A stretch of 64,000 nt of DNA, from the NCBI GenBank assembly GCA_964016885.1, contig OZ024740.1, positions 337,776,001-337,840,000 on the forward strand, written 5' to 3'. Position 1 is the stretch's first letter; every line of letters starts with the position of its first letter. Shown here piece after piece: positions 63,180 through 64,000 of the stretch. A program made the translations under genes and the position numbers. Below the pieces are notes generated by a model. That model was given only the letters and a program-made list of their open reading frames with translations, was not told the origin of the DNA and did not search any database. Source of the DNA: Eledone cirrhosa. Taxonomy: Eukaryota.

Positions 63180-64000
63180 ATGCTTTCTTTATTAAGTACA
63201 CAAAGTAAAACATTAAGGACAATACAGGACAGTACAAATGGACATTTCTGCATGTAAACAAAACAAAAACAGAAGATGTAACAAAAACGAAACAATGAAA
63301 AAATTCCCCAATAGGGGGGAGACTTCCGAGGGACATTCGTGGAGAAAGCCCATTAAAAAAGACACGGTGACCCTGACCACCAGGGCAAGTGCCCCCTCCC
63401 AGTTTTCCACCTTCAATTTACAGGCACATACTGAGAGTAGGCCCGTTCACACGGGCCATTCTTGCCTCTCTCACCCATCTTTCAACAAAATGCTGGGAAG
63501 AGAACACTTCCCTCTCTACACTGATTTTCCTTTTCAAATGAAATTTGAAAAAGTTAATCAAGGCATCACCGAAGAGGTAAGTGCTCGTCTTCAGCCCTTT
63601 CAAGCACGTCCACCATACTATCTCTTTCGCCATGGCCACCAGACAGATAAAAACTGCCTGCCCTTCCCGACTAAAGGAAGAGGGAGAGGTAATCCTCACG
63701 ATGGACTCAGCTGATAGCTGGATCCGTCCTACACGCGGCAGCAGGTGTTCGACATAAACCCACAAGTCCGCAATGCTCGGACACTGGACGAGTGCATGCA
63801 GGACGGTTTCGTCGCCCTGCGCACATCTCGGACATGCCCGGCTGACGACACTTCCATGCCTGTAGAGTTTATCCCGAACTGGCAAAGCTCCTCCGTAGCA
63901 CTGCCAGGCCAGGGATTTTTGGAATTTGTTCATAGGCCCCGGCCCGAAAGTTCTTCCGAAGAGATTGGCTAGTTGATTTTAGTTGACGCCTAGAGTTTCC
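63180..64000 (-). mobile_element. Tx1-like retrotransposon copy 3, 3' end (same family as copy 1; continues beyond window)
   Basis: ORF 63418-63933 closely matches the copy 1 ORF2 C-terminus; 3'UTR is collinear with 51465-51720. Confidence 0.92.

Overview
Eukaryotic, AT-rich DNA dominated by repeats. The SINE families and the microsatellite load suggest an octopod cephalopod; this is inferred from pattern, not searched. No host protein-coding gene can be supported, and most ORF-track entries are translated microsatellites or antisense shadows. The window holds five main things. (1) At 51.2-64 kb, three co-oriented Tx1-like (L1-clade) non-LTR retrotransposons alternate strictly with one tRNA-derived SINE, joined by (AAT)n. 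One has an intact 1139-aa ORF2. The SINE and all three LINEs end in the same covarying 3' stem-loop (loop YTTGT). (2) Penelope-like elements (PLEs) are present: a Cys-linker RT/GIY-YIG copy at 37.6-39.8 kb, a Naiad-type endonuclease copy at 10.4-12.4 kb missed by the ORF track, and older Naiad relics. (3) About a dozen type I hammerhead ribozyme motifs from several families lie mostly in short, (TA)n-bounded, often fold-back elements. (4) There are also a decayed Helitron helicase, RTE fragments, a transposase relic, two Tc1/mariner-type MITE families and a solo LTR. (5) Two abundant SINE families and large microsatellites fill much of the rest. All coordinates were read by eye and may be off by a few bases.
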